From Spirochaetota bacterium (lineage in GTDB: Bacteria; Spirochaetota; UBA4802; UBA5550), in assembly GCA_035400945.1 (NCBI GenBank), contig DAONAJ010000014.1, forward strand, positions 4,740-68,739: 64,000 bases of DNA, given 5' to 3'. The position numbers and the translations under genes were made by a program. Every line of letters begins with the position of its first letter. The first letter of the stretch is position 1. The notes below the pieces were generated by a model. The model was not told the origin of the DNA, did no database searches, and saw nothing but the letters and a program-made list of their open reading frames with translations. Below are positions 42,009 to 51,962 of this stretch, piece by piece.

Positions 42009-43457
42009 TCAGTAGTTGTCCCTGATAAGCCTGATCATATCGGTCTTGAGTTTTTTCAGCCGGTCTGACAGGCTTATTTTGTATATATGCGGGTTCAGGA
42101 GTCTCCGGTATGTTTTATCGAGTGCCTCGATTTCCTTCCGGCGGTACTCCTGTATCTCCTGCAGCGAAGGACCGGCGCTTATGGCCCTGCCTTCCTTCAT
42201 GACCGGCGCCAGGAGCTTTCTCGCCGAAGCGTAATCGGCAAGGGTGAAGTGCGAATAGTCCGTTGCCGGATGGTTGAACCGCACCGGCGCCCTGCGCGCG
42301 ATCAGGGCCTCCAGTTCCCCCTCCTCATCTTCAAGGTAGATAAGGTCCGCCAGCGCCTGGTTCCTGTCGCTGTAGAAGCGCATGATGTTCTTCACGCCCG
42401 GGTTGGTTATCTTTTCCGCCTGGTTCGATATCTTGATGCGCGGATCTAGGGACTCACCCCGGTTCGTTGCCACGATCTTGTACACGCCGGTCAGGGCCGG
42501 GTCGTTCCACCCGGTCACCAGGCGTGTTCCCACGCCCCAGGCCTCGATGGGGGCGCCACTCTCTATGAGCTGCCGCATGATCCACTCATCGAGGTCGCTG
42601 GAAACGAAAATCTTCACCTCCCGAAGCCCGCTGTCGTCCAGCATCGCCCGGGCCTTCTTGCTCAGGTACTCCAGGTCTCCGCTGTCGATGCGCACCGCCA
42701 TGAGGGAGGGCTTTTTTTCCCGGAGTTCCCTGAAAACGGCTATCGCGTTGGGTATGCCCGATTTCAGCGTGTCGAAGGTGTCCACCAGGAGCACGCACCG
42801 GTCAGGGTACATGGCGGCGTATTTACGGAAGGCCTCGAGTTCCGAATCGAAGTTCATCACCCAGCTGTGGGCCATGGTGCCGCTCACCGGGATGCCGTAC
42901 TGTTTCCCGGCCAGGGTATTGGACGTCGACGACGCCCCGCCGATGAACGCGGCCCGCGCCGCTGACAGGGCGCCGTCGGCCCCCTGGGCGCGGCGGAGGC
43001 CGAATTCCATAACCGGCCCGTTTCCGGCTATGGAGACGATGCGGGCCGCCTTGGTGGCGATGAGGGACTGGAAATTGATGAAATTGAGGAGCATGCTCTC
43101 AACCATCTGGGCTTCCATGAGGATCCCGCTGACGCGGACGAGGGGCTCGTTGGGATAAACCACGGTCCCTTCCGGTACGCTGAACACGTCCCCCCTGAAC
43201 CTGAAGCCTGACAGGTAATCGAGAAATTCTTTCTTGAAGGTGCCGCGGGAATCAAGGTAGTCGATCTCCTCGCCGGTGAAGCGCAGTCCTTCAAGGGTTT
43301 CAAGGAACGGCCCCAGGCCGGCGAATACCGTGTATCCCCCCTGGAAGGGCTCCCTGCGGAAGAACATTTCGAACACGCCGCGGTCGCGGGGACAGTTGAA
43401 GAAGTATCCCTGCATCATGGTGAGTTCGTAGAAGTCTGTCAGGAGAGATAGGTTCAT
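42009..43457 (-). CDS. pncB: Nicotinate phosphoribosyltransferase
   Basis: LLTDFYELTMMQGYF, FGLRRA, GTMAHS and the ~480-aa length fit this family. Confidence 0.85.
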   Translation of the reverse strand: MNLSLLTDFYELTMMQGYFFNCPRDRGVFEMFFRREPFQGGYTVFAGLGPFLETLEGLRFTGEEIDYLDSRGTFKKEFLDYLSGFRFRGDVFSVPEGTVVYPNEPLVRVSGILMEAQMVESMLLNFINFQSLIATKAARIVSIAGNGPVMEFGLRRAQGADGALSAARAAFIGGASSTSNTLAGKQYGIPVSGTMAHSWVMNFDSELEAFRKYAAMYPDRCVLLVDTFDTLKSGIPNAIAVFRELREKKPSLMAVRIDSGDLEYLSKKARAMLDDSGLREVKIFVSSDLDEWIMRQLIESGAPIEAWGVGTRLVTGWNDPALTGVYKIVATNRGESLDPRIKISNQAEKITNPGVKNIMRFYSDRNQALADLIYLEDEEGELEALIARRAPVRFNHPATDYSHFTLADYASARKLLAPVMKEGRAISAGPSLQEIQEYRRKEIEALDKTYRRLLNPHIYKISLSDRLKKLKTDMIRLIRDNY

Positions 43458-43465
43458 GGGCGCCG

Positions 43466-44086
43466 CTACAGGTCCTTCGATTCGATGATCCGGACTCCCT
43501 TCCGCTTCATGTCGCTGATCGACCGTTCAATTGATCCGCCCGGCACATCGATCCCGCGGCAGGCGTCGAGAATGACCAGGGTGGTGAACCCGAAAGAGAC
43601 CGCATCCATAACGCTGTAAAAGACGCAGTAATCCGTGGCCAGGCCGCAGAAGAAGACACGCCCGGCCCCGATCGACATCAGGTACCCGTCGAGGCCGGTC
43701 TTTGTCTTTTTGTCGTTTTCCAGAAACGCCGAGTATGAATCCACGGCGGGATTGGTCCCCTTGCGCACGATGAGGTCAAAACGGTCGGGATTCAGCCCGG
43801 GATGAAATTCTGCGCCGCCGGTGCCGGCGACGCAGTGGTCCGGCCACAGCGTCTGGCTGACACCGCCCAGGTCTATCTGTTCGAAGGGTTTTTTCCCCGG
43901 ATGATTCGATGCGAATGACGCGTGGTGTTTCGGATGCCAGTCCTGGGTGGCAACGATGCGGTGGAACCGGTCCATGATGCCGTTAATGACGGGGACAATC
44001 AGGTCGCCCTCGCGTACCGCGAGGGCGCCCCCGGGACAGAAGTCATTCTGCACGTCAGTGACGATCAGGACATCACGGGCTGTCAT
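43466..44086 (-). CDS. pncA: Nicotinamidase / pyrazinamidase
   Basis: LIVTDVQNDFCPGGALAV, WPDHCV and GLATDYCV (catalytic Cys). Adjacent to pncB. Confidence 0.85.
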   Translation of the reverse strand: MTARDVLIVTDVQNDFCPGGALAVREGDLIVPVINGIMDRFHRIVATQDWHPKHHASFASNHPGKKPFEQIDLGGVSQTLWPDHCVAGTGGAEFHPGLNPDRFDLIVRKGTNPAVDSYSAFLENDKKTKTGLDGYLMSIGAGRVFFCGLATDYCVFYSVMDAVSFGFTTLVILDACRGIDVPGGSIERSISDMKRKGVRIIESKDL

Positions 44087-44122
44087 CGGTCCCTTCCCGC
44101 AGAAAGCTGCTGATTGCCCGTG

Positions 44123-45790
44123 TCATTTCTTCATCCTGGCGAGCTCCATGGCCCGCAGCTCCTTGCGAAGGATTTTCCCCACTCCGCTCTTCGGCAGCGT
44201 GTCGATAAATTCGACCATGGTGGGCACCTTGTACTTCGCGAGCTTTTCCTTGCAGTAATCCATGACCTCTTCGGCTGTCATGGTCTCGCCCGGCTTCAGC
44301 ACCACGAAGGCCTTCACGGTTTCGCCGCGGTAGGAGTCGGGGACCCCGATGGCGCAGGCCTCGAGGATCTTCGGGTGCTCGAAGAGGACCTCGTCGATGT
44401 CGCGCGGATAGATGTTGTACCCTCCGGCGATGATCATGTCCTTCTTCCGGTCGACGATATAGAAGTATCCCTCCTCGTCCATGGTGCCGATATCACCGGT
44501 GAAGAGCCACCCGTCCTTCACGGTCTTGGCGGTCTCGTCGGGCATCTTGTAATAGCCGCTCGTCACCTGCGGGCCGCGGATGATGACCTCACCCGGCTGG
44601 CCCTGGGGCATGTCCTTCGTGCCTTCCTCCAGGTCGACGATGCGTACTTCAGTGTCCGCGATCGGCAGGCCGATGGAACCGACCTTGGTCTTCCCCCCCC
44701 ACGGGTTAATCGTCACCACGGGGCTCGTCTCCGAAAGGCCGTAGCCCTCGCAGATCTGGGACCCCGTCTTCGACTCGAATTCCTTTATGACCTCAACGGG
44801 GAGCGGGGCCGCGCCGGAGAAGCATCCCTTGATCGATGATATATCATACTTGGCCAGGTCGGGATGATTGAGGAGCCCCACGTAAATCGTCGGCACCGCA
44901 GGGTAGAAGTTGATCCTGTGCTTGTGGATCGCCTCCAGTATCGTCTTCGGCTCGGGCCGCGGTATCAGCACGTCGGTGCCGGCCTTCCATATGGTCAGGT
45001 TCATGACGCAGGTAAGGCCGAAGGAGTGGAAGAAGGGAAGCACGCCGAGCATGACCATCTCCCCTTCCACGAAATCCGGAAACCATGCATTGATCTGCTG
45101 CACGTTGGAGGAAAGGTTCTTGTGCGTCAGCATGACACCCTTGCTCACGCCGGTGGTGCCGCCGGTGTACTGAAGGCTGGCCAAGCTGTCAAAATCGACG
45201 GATATTTTCGGGTCCGCGGCAGGATATTTTTTTATGACATCCATCCATTCAAACACGTCCGGCGTCGGCGGGATGTCCCGGTGCTTGTCCTTGGCCACGA
45301 TGGGAAGGAGCTGCTTTTTCGGGAACTTGAGGTGGTCCCGAATATGGGCGACAACGATCTTCTTTACCGGGGTCTTCGGCTTGAGCGCTATCATGCGGGG
45401 CCCGAGAAGATCGAGGGTCACCAGGACCGTTGATTCGGAGTTGTTCAGCTGGTGCTCAAGCTCGGTGTCTGTATAGAGGGGGTTGTTCATGACCACGACC
45501 GCCCCGGCCCGCCATGCGCCGTAGCTCGCGATCACGATCTGCGGCATGTTGGGCATCAGCATGGCCACCTTGTCGCCCGGCTTGACACCCATATCAATGA
45601 GGGCATTGGCAAAACTGTTCACCATGTCGTTAAGCTGCTTATAAGTAATTTTTACATCAAGGAAGATGAGGGCTGGTTTATCAGGATATTTTTGAGCCAT
45701 CCTGTTGAGGGCGTCCGCCACGGTTATACGCTCATACTGCACGGCAGAGACCACGCCGTTAGCATACGATTTCAGCCATGGTTTATCCAT
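44123..45790 (-). CDS. Long-chain-fatty-acid--CoA ligase (AMP-binding family)
   Basis: YTGGTTGVSKG, GYGLSETSP, TGDIG..DEEGYFYIVDRKKD and PKSGVGKILR are present. Confidence 0.85.
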   Translation of the reverse strand: MDKPWLKSYANGVVSAVQYERITVADALNRMAQKYPDKPALIFLDVKITYKQLNDMVNSFANALIDMGVKPGDKVAMLMPNMPQIVIASYGAWRAGAVVVMNNPLYTDTELEHQLNNSESTVLVTLDLLGPRMIALKPKTPVKKIVVAHIRDHLKFPKKQLLPIVAKDKHRDIPPTPDVFEWMDVIKKYPAADPKISVDFDSLASLQYTGGTTGVSKGVMLTHKNLSSNVQQINAWFPDFVEGEMVMLGVLPFFHSFGLTCVMNLTIWKAGTDVLIPRPEPKTILEAIHKHRINFYPAVPTIYVGLLNHPDLAKYDISSIKGCFSGAAPLPVEVIKEFESKTGSQICEGYGLSETSPVVTINPWGGKTKVGSIGLPIADTEVRIVDLEEGTKDMPQGQPGEVIIRGPQVTSGYYKMPDETAKTVKDGWLFTGDIGTMDEEGYFYIVDRKKDMIIAGGYNIYPRDIDEVLFEHPKILEACAIGVPDSYRGETVKAFVVLKPGETMTAEEVMDYCKEKLAKYKVPTMVEFIDTLPKSGVGKILRKELRAMELARMKK

Positions 45791-45853
45791 ACACGAAACC
45801 TCCTAACATTGTTTTTTGAGAGCACGCATACGGTAAGAACTGTAATGATTAAT

Positions 45854-45881
45854 GACAATGGCCCACTGACTGGCAATTGTC
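45854..45881. promoter_or_regulatory. Inverted repeat GACAATGGCC-N8-GGCAATTGTC overlapping a minus-strand TTGACA (possible operator of the acyl-CoA ligase promoter)
   Basis: 10-bp arms with one mismatch, read directly. It lies ~65-90 nt upstream of the ATG at 45790. Confidence 0.3.
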
Positions 45882-45943
45882 AATCAATATTATTGTCTTA
45901 CAATGATGATTTGAGGGCAGGATAGTGCAGGATTACATCAATG

Positions 45944-47647
45944 CTATCTGACGGAATACCTGAAGGTTTCCCGGGCTGACTGGTTCCCGGCGCGGTCGGC
46001 TATGGATGCGGTTATCACGTGCTTCCCCTTCGACCAGATTGCGTTAAGGCGGAGGATTTCGATGCAATGCCGGTCCGGGTCATAGTCCCAGGCCACAGCG
46101 CGGCCGTCCACCTTGACCTGTGCGGTATTCAGATCGATGCCGGTGCCGGAGTCTCCGATATAGAGGCGGAGCTTATCCCCGGCATTCACCCTTGTGCCGT
46201 TCCTGAACCGTATCCGGGGCGGCGCATCGTCCCTGGCGAGAAAGAATTTTCCCATCCTCATGACAGGAATCCGAAAGGCCTTCCTTCCCTTGTCATAGGT
46301 CGCGCCGGCGCAGGAGAAGTACCTGCCGTTTCTGGAAAAGCGGTACACGGCGACCCTGTCAAAATCGCCGCCATCATAGGAGATTGAGAGTTCCGCCGCC
46401 CTGTCGATGCAGAGGTTCGTCGGCGACAGAGAATAGACCGCGCTCAGGGAGGTTATGCCCGGTATGCGCACCCGGGGCTGCCCCTCGATTTCCATCTTCA
46501 GCGTCTCATCGTAGAGGGCCGACCCCCGGGGGAATGATATGATGCATTTTTTATCTTCGCTTCCCAGTTCAAGGGAGCTCCCCCTGGCGAGGTTTGCCGC
46601 CGGTGAAGGCGGATCTTCCGGGAGGCGGTCAGCCCTGACCTGAAAGGCGAGGACCGTGGCGTTGTTCGCAGCATCATAGCAGATAATCGTGATGTCGGTG
46701 ATCTTCCCTACCTTTCCCGCTTTCACCGTCCCGTTTCCGCTGATCCGGTCGAAGAGAAACATGGTATAATTGCTCAGGTCGGAGGCGTCATAATCATAAT
46801 AGAGGCCTACGCGGTGGCTCAGGCTCCGCTGGATGCGCCGGTACCGGATCTGGTACAGGAGCCGTCCGTCGGCATAGCAGTCGAACCCGTAGGGGGCGAC
46901 GCCGTTTTTAATGCCGATCCGGTCATAGGCGTTTACGGTGATACCCACGGTCCCCGACACAAGGGGGATTGCTTTTGCCTTCACCGTGCAGCTGTTTTTC
47001 CCGGCGGTTATGACCGGGAACCGCGCCGCGCGGGTCGAACCGTCAACGCGGGACAGGCCGTCCATGGGCACCAGTGACACCGCCGTTATCACCGGCGGAT
47101 TTTTATCGTCAACCATGATACCGCTGGTGAGGGGGTTCACCGGCTCGCCGTCCTCCCCCCGCACCTCGAAATGAAAATGCTCCAGGCCGATGCCGCTCTC
47201 GCCCGAATAGCCGATAACGGTCCCCTTTTTTACCGGAATGGCGGTCCTGTCTAAATCCGCCCTGAAATCCTTCCTGTTTTCAATCTGATAAGCGTACCCC
47301 CTGATTTTCTGATTCTTCAGGATGGCCTCGTCAAACCGCTCCAGGTGGCCGTAGAGGGTGCTCCAGCCGTTGCCGTGGGTGATTATCACGGCGTAGCCGA
47401 TGCCCCACTGCTGGTACATGACGCTGCTCACATACCCGTCATCGGCAGCGGACACCGCGTACCCGGTCTTGCCGCCGGTGCTGACATCAATGCCGTGATG
47501 AAAATGGGCGCCCCGGTACTCCCCGAAGGTGCCGGTTATCATCGCCGGCCTGTCAATGGGCCAAAGAAACGAGGGATCGGCAGCCATGCCGGCTGCGGCA
47601 CCGATCAATATCATACTGCTGATGGATAGTGCGCGGATCAGTTTCAT
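45944..47647 (-). CDS. M23-family metallopeptidase with a large C-terminal extension
   Basis: Signal peptide. HHGIDV (HxxxD) and GLEHFHFEV (HxH) motifs are present. Confidence 0.8.
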   Translation of the reverse strand: MKLIRALSISSMILIGAAAGMAADPSFLWPIDRPAMITGTFGEYRGAHFHHGIDVSTGGKTGYAVSAADDGYVSSVMYQQWGIGYAVIITHGNGWSTLYGHLERFDEAILKNQKIRGYAYQIENRKDFRADLDRTAIPVKKGTVIGYSGESGIGLEHFHFEVRGEDGEPVNPLTSGIMVDDKNPPVITAVSLVPMDGLSRVDGSTRAARFPVITAGKNSCTVKAKAIPLVSGTVGITVNAYDRIGIKNGVAPYGFDCYADGRLLYQIRYRRIQRSLSHRVGLYYDYDASDLSNYTMFLFDRISGNGTVKAGKVGKITDITIICYDAANNATVLAFQVRADRLPEDPPSPAANLARGSSLELGSEDKKCIISFPRGSALYDETLKMEIEGQPRVRIPGITSLSAVYSLSPTNLCIDRAAELSISYDGGDFDRVAVYRFSRNGRYFSCAGATYDKGRKAFRIPVMRMGKFFLARDDAPPRIRFRNGTRVNAGDKLRLYIGDSGTGIDLNTAQVKVDGRAVAWDYDPDRHCIEILRLNAIWSKGKHVITASIADRAGNQSARETFRYSVR

Positions 47648-47771
47648 GATTTCCCATGGAAGCTGAAACGCCGCGATTCGATCAAGAATAATTTCTCATT
47701 GACAGGATAAAAGGGGAGGATAGATTTAAAATCTCTCCGGGAACCGGAATAACGCACACAAGGAGGCTGTC

Positions 47772-48107
47772 ATGAAAAAAACTCTGGTGCTTATCCTTGC
47801 CATCTTTGTCGCCGCTGGCCTTGCCGGCTGCGGGAAAAAAGTCCCTCTCCCCGATGACCAGAAGGCCTTCGCGGGGAAATGGATAGCCGATGACGGCACC
47901 TTCGTCACCATTTACCTGGACGGCGGCGGTGATCTGAAGGGTTCAAACACGACCATCACCGGCGGCAACACGACCATTGCCGGCGACTCCCTGACCATCG
48001 GCATGGGCCCCATCAAGAAGACCATGAAGATCACCGAGAAGCCGAAAGATGTGGCAGGGAAAAAAGTCCTTGTCCTTGACGGCATTACCTACACAAAGCA
48101 GCAATAA
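47772..48107 (+). CDS. Hypothetical lipoprotein
   Basis: MKKTLVLILAIFVAAGLAGC lipobox. AGGAGG RBS. Confidence 0.55.
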   Translation: MKKTLVLILAIFVAAGLAGCGKKVPLPDDQKAFAGKWIADDGTFVTIYLDGGGDLKGSNTTITGGNTTIAGDSLTIGMGPIKKTMKITEKPKDVAGKKVLVLDGITYTKQQ

Positions 48108-48175
48108 CGCCGGGGGGCGCGCCTCGGCGTGCCCCGTGCCGCATATCAACTGCACCATCACAGGGGTTTTATCAG

Positions 48176-49066
48176 ATGATCCGCTATCGTATCGCCAGAT
48201 TCTTTATCCGCCGCTACAGCCGGCGGTGTGACTGCACAAAATACCGGGGGATGAGAAAATGGGAGGAAGCTGCCGCGGCAAAATATATCAGGCTCCCGGA
48301 ACAGTGCCTGGTAACCCCGGTCGCCATAGGCGGCCATCCGGCCGAGTGGGTTGAATGGAAAGGGGCCGATGCCGGAAGGGTCATCCTCTATCTTCACGGC
48401 GGCGGGTATGTCCTCTGCTCGCCGCGGACGCACCGTGACCTCATCTGCCGCATCGCCCGCGCCAGCGGGGCCCGGGCCCTTTCCCTGGAATACCGCCGGG
48501 GTCCGGAGCATCCCCACCCGGCGGCGGTTGAGGACGCCGTCGCCGCCTACCGGTGGCTCTTAAAACAGGGCACCGATCCGAAGCGGATCGCCGTCATGGG
48601 AGATTCCGCCGGTGGCGGCCTGACCCTGGTGCTGCTCCAGACCCTGCGCAGGCTGAAAATCCCCCTCCCCGCCTGCGCCGTGTGCATGTCGCCCTGGGCC
48701 GACCTGACCTGCTCGGGCGAAACGCACCGGACAAACATGAGAAGGGACCCCGTCCTGCCGGCGCCGGTCCTGCCGGGCTTCGCGCGTCTCTATCTTCCCG
48801 AGGGCGACCTTGCCAATCCCGCGGTGTCCCCCCTCTTCGGCGACTTCGCGAAACTGCCGCCGATCCTGATCCATGTGGGCACCGACGAGATACTCCTGGA
48901 CGACTCGCGTCGCGTTGCCGAAAAGGCACGCCAGGCCGGCACCGCGGTGGAGCTGAAAATCTGGCCCCGGATGATCCACGTGTTCCAGGCCATGGCTTTC
49001 ATGCTTCCCCAGGCCCGCCAGGCGATACGGGAGATAGGTGCCTTCGTTCAGCGCCAGATGCCCTGA
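48176..49066 (+). CDS. Alpha/beta hydrolase (hormone-sensitive-lipase-like esterase)
   Basis: LHGGGY oxyanion motif and GDSAGG nucleophile elbow, with a late Asp/His. The start is uncertain; M at 48251 is an alternative. Confidence 0.8.
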   Translation: MIRYRIARFFIRRYSRRCDCTKYRGMRKWEEAAAAKYIRLPEQCLVTPVAIGGHPAEWVEWKGADAGRVILYLHGGGYVLCSPRTHRDLICRIARASGARALSLEYRRGPEHPHPAAVEDAVAAYRWLLKQGTDPKRIAVMGDSAGGGLTLVLLQTLRRLKIPLPACAVCMSPWADLTCSGETHRTNMRRDPVLPAPVLPGFARLYLPEGDLANPAVSPLFGDFAKLPPILIHVGTDEILLDDSRRVAEKARQAGTAVELKIWPRMIHVFQAMAFMLPQARQAIREIGAFVQRQMP

Positions 49067-49217
49067 AGTCGCTGTGCCGGGTGAAGGTATCTGCGCCACG
49101 GGCCGCCGGGAATTCCGGGACCGGTGAACCGGTGACGCCAATCTTGCTTTAGTGTTGACATACCGGTGCCCCTTTGAGTTAAGGTTAACAACCGCAGGCT
49201 TTCAAGGAGCAAGGGGC

Positions 49218-49736
49218 GTGGGAAATGATCTGAAAAAATCGTTAAGCGTCGGCATTAAGGGCGATGTGGTTTTGATAGTTGCCGAGGGAGAGATGCGGGC
49301 ACCGGACTGCTTTGCCATGAATGAATATCTCCTTCCGTACCTGGACCATGTCGGAGAACCGAAGAAAATCTATATCGATCTCAGCCGCTGTGACTACATG
49401 GATTCCACGTTCATCGGCGTCATTGTCGCCCTCACCAAACGGTGCAGGGCGAAGGCGTGCGACAGCATCAGGATCGTGAACCCCTCGGACAAGGCCGCGC
49501 TTTCCATGAGGAAACTTGTCGGCATTGACGAGATAGTCGTCGTCGAGAATCCTGAACTGGGCGACATCCCGGTATTCAGGCTGGTCAATAATCCGTCCTC
49601 CTACGATTCCCGGAAAAACATCGAGCTGATGTTCGAAGCCCACCAGGCCCTGAGCCAGCTCAGCGAACAAAACAGAAAGGAGTTCAAGGACCTTCTCGAA
49701 GAGTTAAAGAGGGTGCTGAAGTCAAGGATGAAATAA
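49218..49736 (+). CDS. STAS-domain protein (anti-sigma-factor-antagonist-like) with a helical C-terminal tail
   Basis: IYIDLSRCDYMDSTFIGVIVAL...IRIVNPSDKAALSMRKLVGID is STAS-like. A GTG start after AAGGAG is proposed, and the ORF-track TTG at 49152 is also possible. Confidence 0.55.
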   Translation: MGNDLKKSLSVGIKGDVVLIVAEGEMRAPDCFAMNEYLLPYLDHVGEPKKIYIDLSRCDYMDSTFIGVIVALTKRCRAKACDSIRIVNPSDKAALSMRKLVGIDEIVVVENPELGDIPVFRLVNNPSSYDSRKNIELMFEAHQALSQLSEQNRKEFKDLLEELKRVLKSRMK

Positions 49737-49833
49737 GGGATTCACCTGTCCCGTGTATCACGGCTTCTCCCCTCAAACACAACGATCATATGCATAATGG
49801 ATGTCACACCACACGGAGACATGTATTACTCTC

Positions 49834-50505
49834 ATGAAAAAAACCACCGCCACGATCCCCCGCCTGCCGGCCCCATGGACGCTCCAAGGCCATGCCTTTG
49901 CCTTTCTGGTGAAAATGCCGGAAGACGACCTGGACAACCGGTGTTTTGTAGTTCCGGAAATCGCCGGGAAACGGGCGGGGCGCTTCAGCGTTTTAATGTA
50001 CGTGAATTACAGCAGTTCCAATGCGGGAGCGTATCACGAGCTCATGTTCCTGCCCGCCCGGCATGATTTCAACGGCAGCAAGCGATGGACCATCAGCAAG
50101 ATATATGTTTCCGGCATGGAAACCCTTGTCAACGGGCGGGAGAACTGGGGCATCCCTAAAGAAATGGCAAGCTTTGACTCCGTTATCGGCACCAGCGGCG
50201 TTGAGCGGGTTCGGGTGAGCGCGGGAAACAGCGTGTTTGCCGACATGGAGTTCGCTCCCTGCGGGCCGTCCTTTCCCGTGACCAGTTCCCTTATGCCTTC
50301 ATTCATACGGACCCTGGCTCATTACAGGGAAGGGAAACTCTATACCGTGACGCCGGCATTGCGTTGTATGTCACGGCTGGCCCGGGTTCGCGCCATGACA
50401 ATCAATGGAGATTTTTTCCCCGATGTTTCCCGGGGGAAGATTATCATCGGCGGGTACCTGGGAAACTTTACCGCTGTTTTTCCAGAGGCCGGGATTACCG
50501 GCTGA
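49834..50505 (+). CDS. Acetoacetate-decarboxylase-family (ADC-like) protein
   Basis: LPAPWTLQGHAFAFL and GRENWGIPKEMASF resemble the ADC-family beta-cone signatures. This is a by-eye call. Confidence 0.5.
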   Translation: MKKTTATIPRLPAPWTLQGHAFAFLVKMPEDDLDNRCFVVPEIAGKRAGRFSVLMYVNYSSSNAGAYHELMFLPARHDFNGSKRWTISKIYVSGMETLVNGRENWGIPKEMASFDSVIGTSGVERVRVSAGNSVFADMEFAPCGPSFPVTSSLMPSFIRTLAHYREGKLYTVTPALRCMSRLARVRAMTINGDFFPDVSRGKIIIGGYLGNFTAVFPEAGITG

Positions 50506-50730
50506 TTAAACTGCCGCTATCCGAGCGGTGGATAAGCCCGCTTCACCGGTACACACCTTTGAAGAATTTATAGTAATATAAATCATCAGGCTTTGTCTGA
50601 ATGGAACACGCCGCTTCTCCCATGGTTTCGCCGCAATCGCCGGCTTTACCTTCCCCGTGCGTTGAGCAGAAATCAGGCTTTAAATAAACGGTGGCGTTCT
50701 TAATCGTATGGAAACCCCGGTTATAACAGT

Positions 50731-50925
50731 TTATTCCCCAGACCCGTACTCATAGGTATAGGTCCCGTCGGGTAAAAACGTAAGTACACTGCTGGAAAGA
50801 AGGGAGCCGTATTCAAAAGGATTTTTCGTCAGAAACCCCTGGCCGATACCGCGGTCACCGGCCATGATCAAGGTTGCGGATACCAGCGGCAGAATGACAC
50901 CCGCAAGGATGCTGATCTTTTTCAT
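50731..50925 (-). CDS. Small secreted hypothetical protein
   Basis: MKKISILAGVILPLVSATLIMA looks like a signal peptide. Short ORF with no other support. Confidence 0.3.
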   Translation of the reverse strand: MKKISILAGVILPLVSATLIMAGDRGIGQGFLTKNPFEYGSLLSSSVLTFLPDGTYTYEYGSGE

Positions 50926-51098
50926 ACCCACCGCCTGATGAATGATATACATGCATACTAATCAACATTTGCAATCATTTCAATAAATTTTTTATCCGAG
51001 ATATGATTCCTGATCGATAGTCGCCGTGAATAGATGCAAAAATGTCTTGATTTTAACCGGCTTGCAGTTGAAGGATTCTCACTATCAATGCACGAGGT

Positions 51099-51962
51099 AT
51101 GCAGATGGATATTCAAGGGGCTGTGATTCTCATCACCGGGGCTTCAAGCGGCATCGGCAGGACCGCGGCCATAGCCTTTGACCGGGCCGGAGCGAAGGTC
51201 GCCATGGCCGCGCGGCGCAGGGAGAACCTGGAGGAAAACGCCGCGCGCATGAAGAACGCCCTGGTACTACCCACCGACTTGTCGGATGAACGGCAGGCCG
51301 TGGCCATGGTGGAAAAGACGGTGGAGCATTTCGGGAGGATCGACGTCCTCATCAACAACGCCGCCGCCATCATCGTTTCCCGCGCCGACGAGGTTACCTC
51401 CGACGACCTCCTCCGCTCCTTCAGGACGAACGTTGTCGGCCCCGTGGCAGCCACGAATTGCGCTGTCAGTTTTATGCGCGGCCAGGGGTACGGACACATC
51501 ATCAATATCGGGTCCCCGGGCTTCATGATCGGCGTCCCCCTGTACACGCCCTATGTCTGCTCGAAGGCCGCCATGTGCGGGTGGACCCGCACCATCCAGG
51601 CAGAGTGGGCCGGCACGGAAATACGGGTGAGCGAGTACTTTCCCGGCTACATCAGGACCGACTCGCCGGCGGAATCTGGCTACGGCCCGGTCGAGCAGGA
51701 CACCATCATCGACCCTGACCAGAATTTCATCACGAAATTCTTCACCAGGCCCAAAACGCCCGACGACGTGGCGCGCCAGCTGATCAGCCTGGTGCGGAAG
51801 CCGAAACCCCTGGTCTATTCAAGCTCCCTTACCGGCTTCGGCTCCTGGGTGGCCAACATCCCGGGAAGGCGCCTTTCCATCGCGCGCAACATGGCCACCG
51901 CGGCGCGGAAGCGCCTCGGCCTGGAAACCTTCGGGAAACAGCCCAGGGTCACGATTCATTAA
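51099..51962 (+). CDS. Short-chain dehydrogenase/reductase (SDR)
   Basis: ILITGASSGIGR, NNAA and YVCSKAA are present. Confidence 0.85.
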   Translation: MQMDIQGAVILITGASSGIGRTAAIAFDRAGAKVAMAARRRENLEENAARMKNALVLPTDLSDERQAVAMVEKTVEHFGRIDVLINNAAAIIVSRADEVTSDDLLRSFRTNVVGPVAATNCAVSFMRGQGYGHIINIGSPGFMIGVPLYTPYVCSKAAMCGWTRTIQAEWAGTEIRVSEYFPGYIRTDSPAESGYGPVEQDTIIDPDQNFITKFFTRPKTPDDVARQLISLVRKPKPLVYSSSLTGFGSWVANIPGRRLSIARNMATAARKRLGLETFGKQPRVTIH

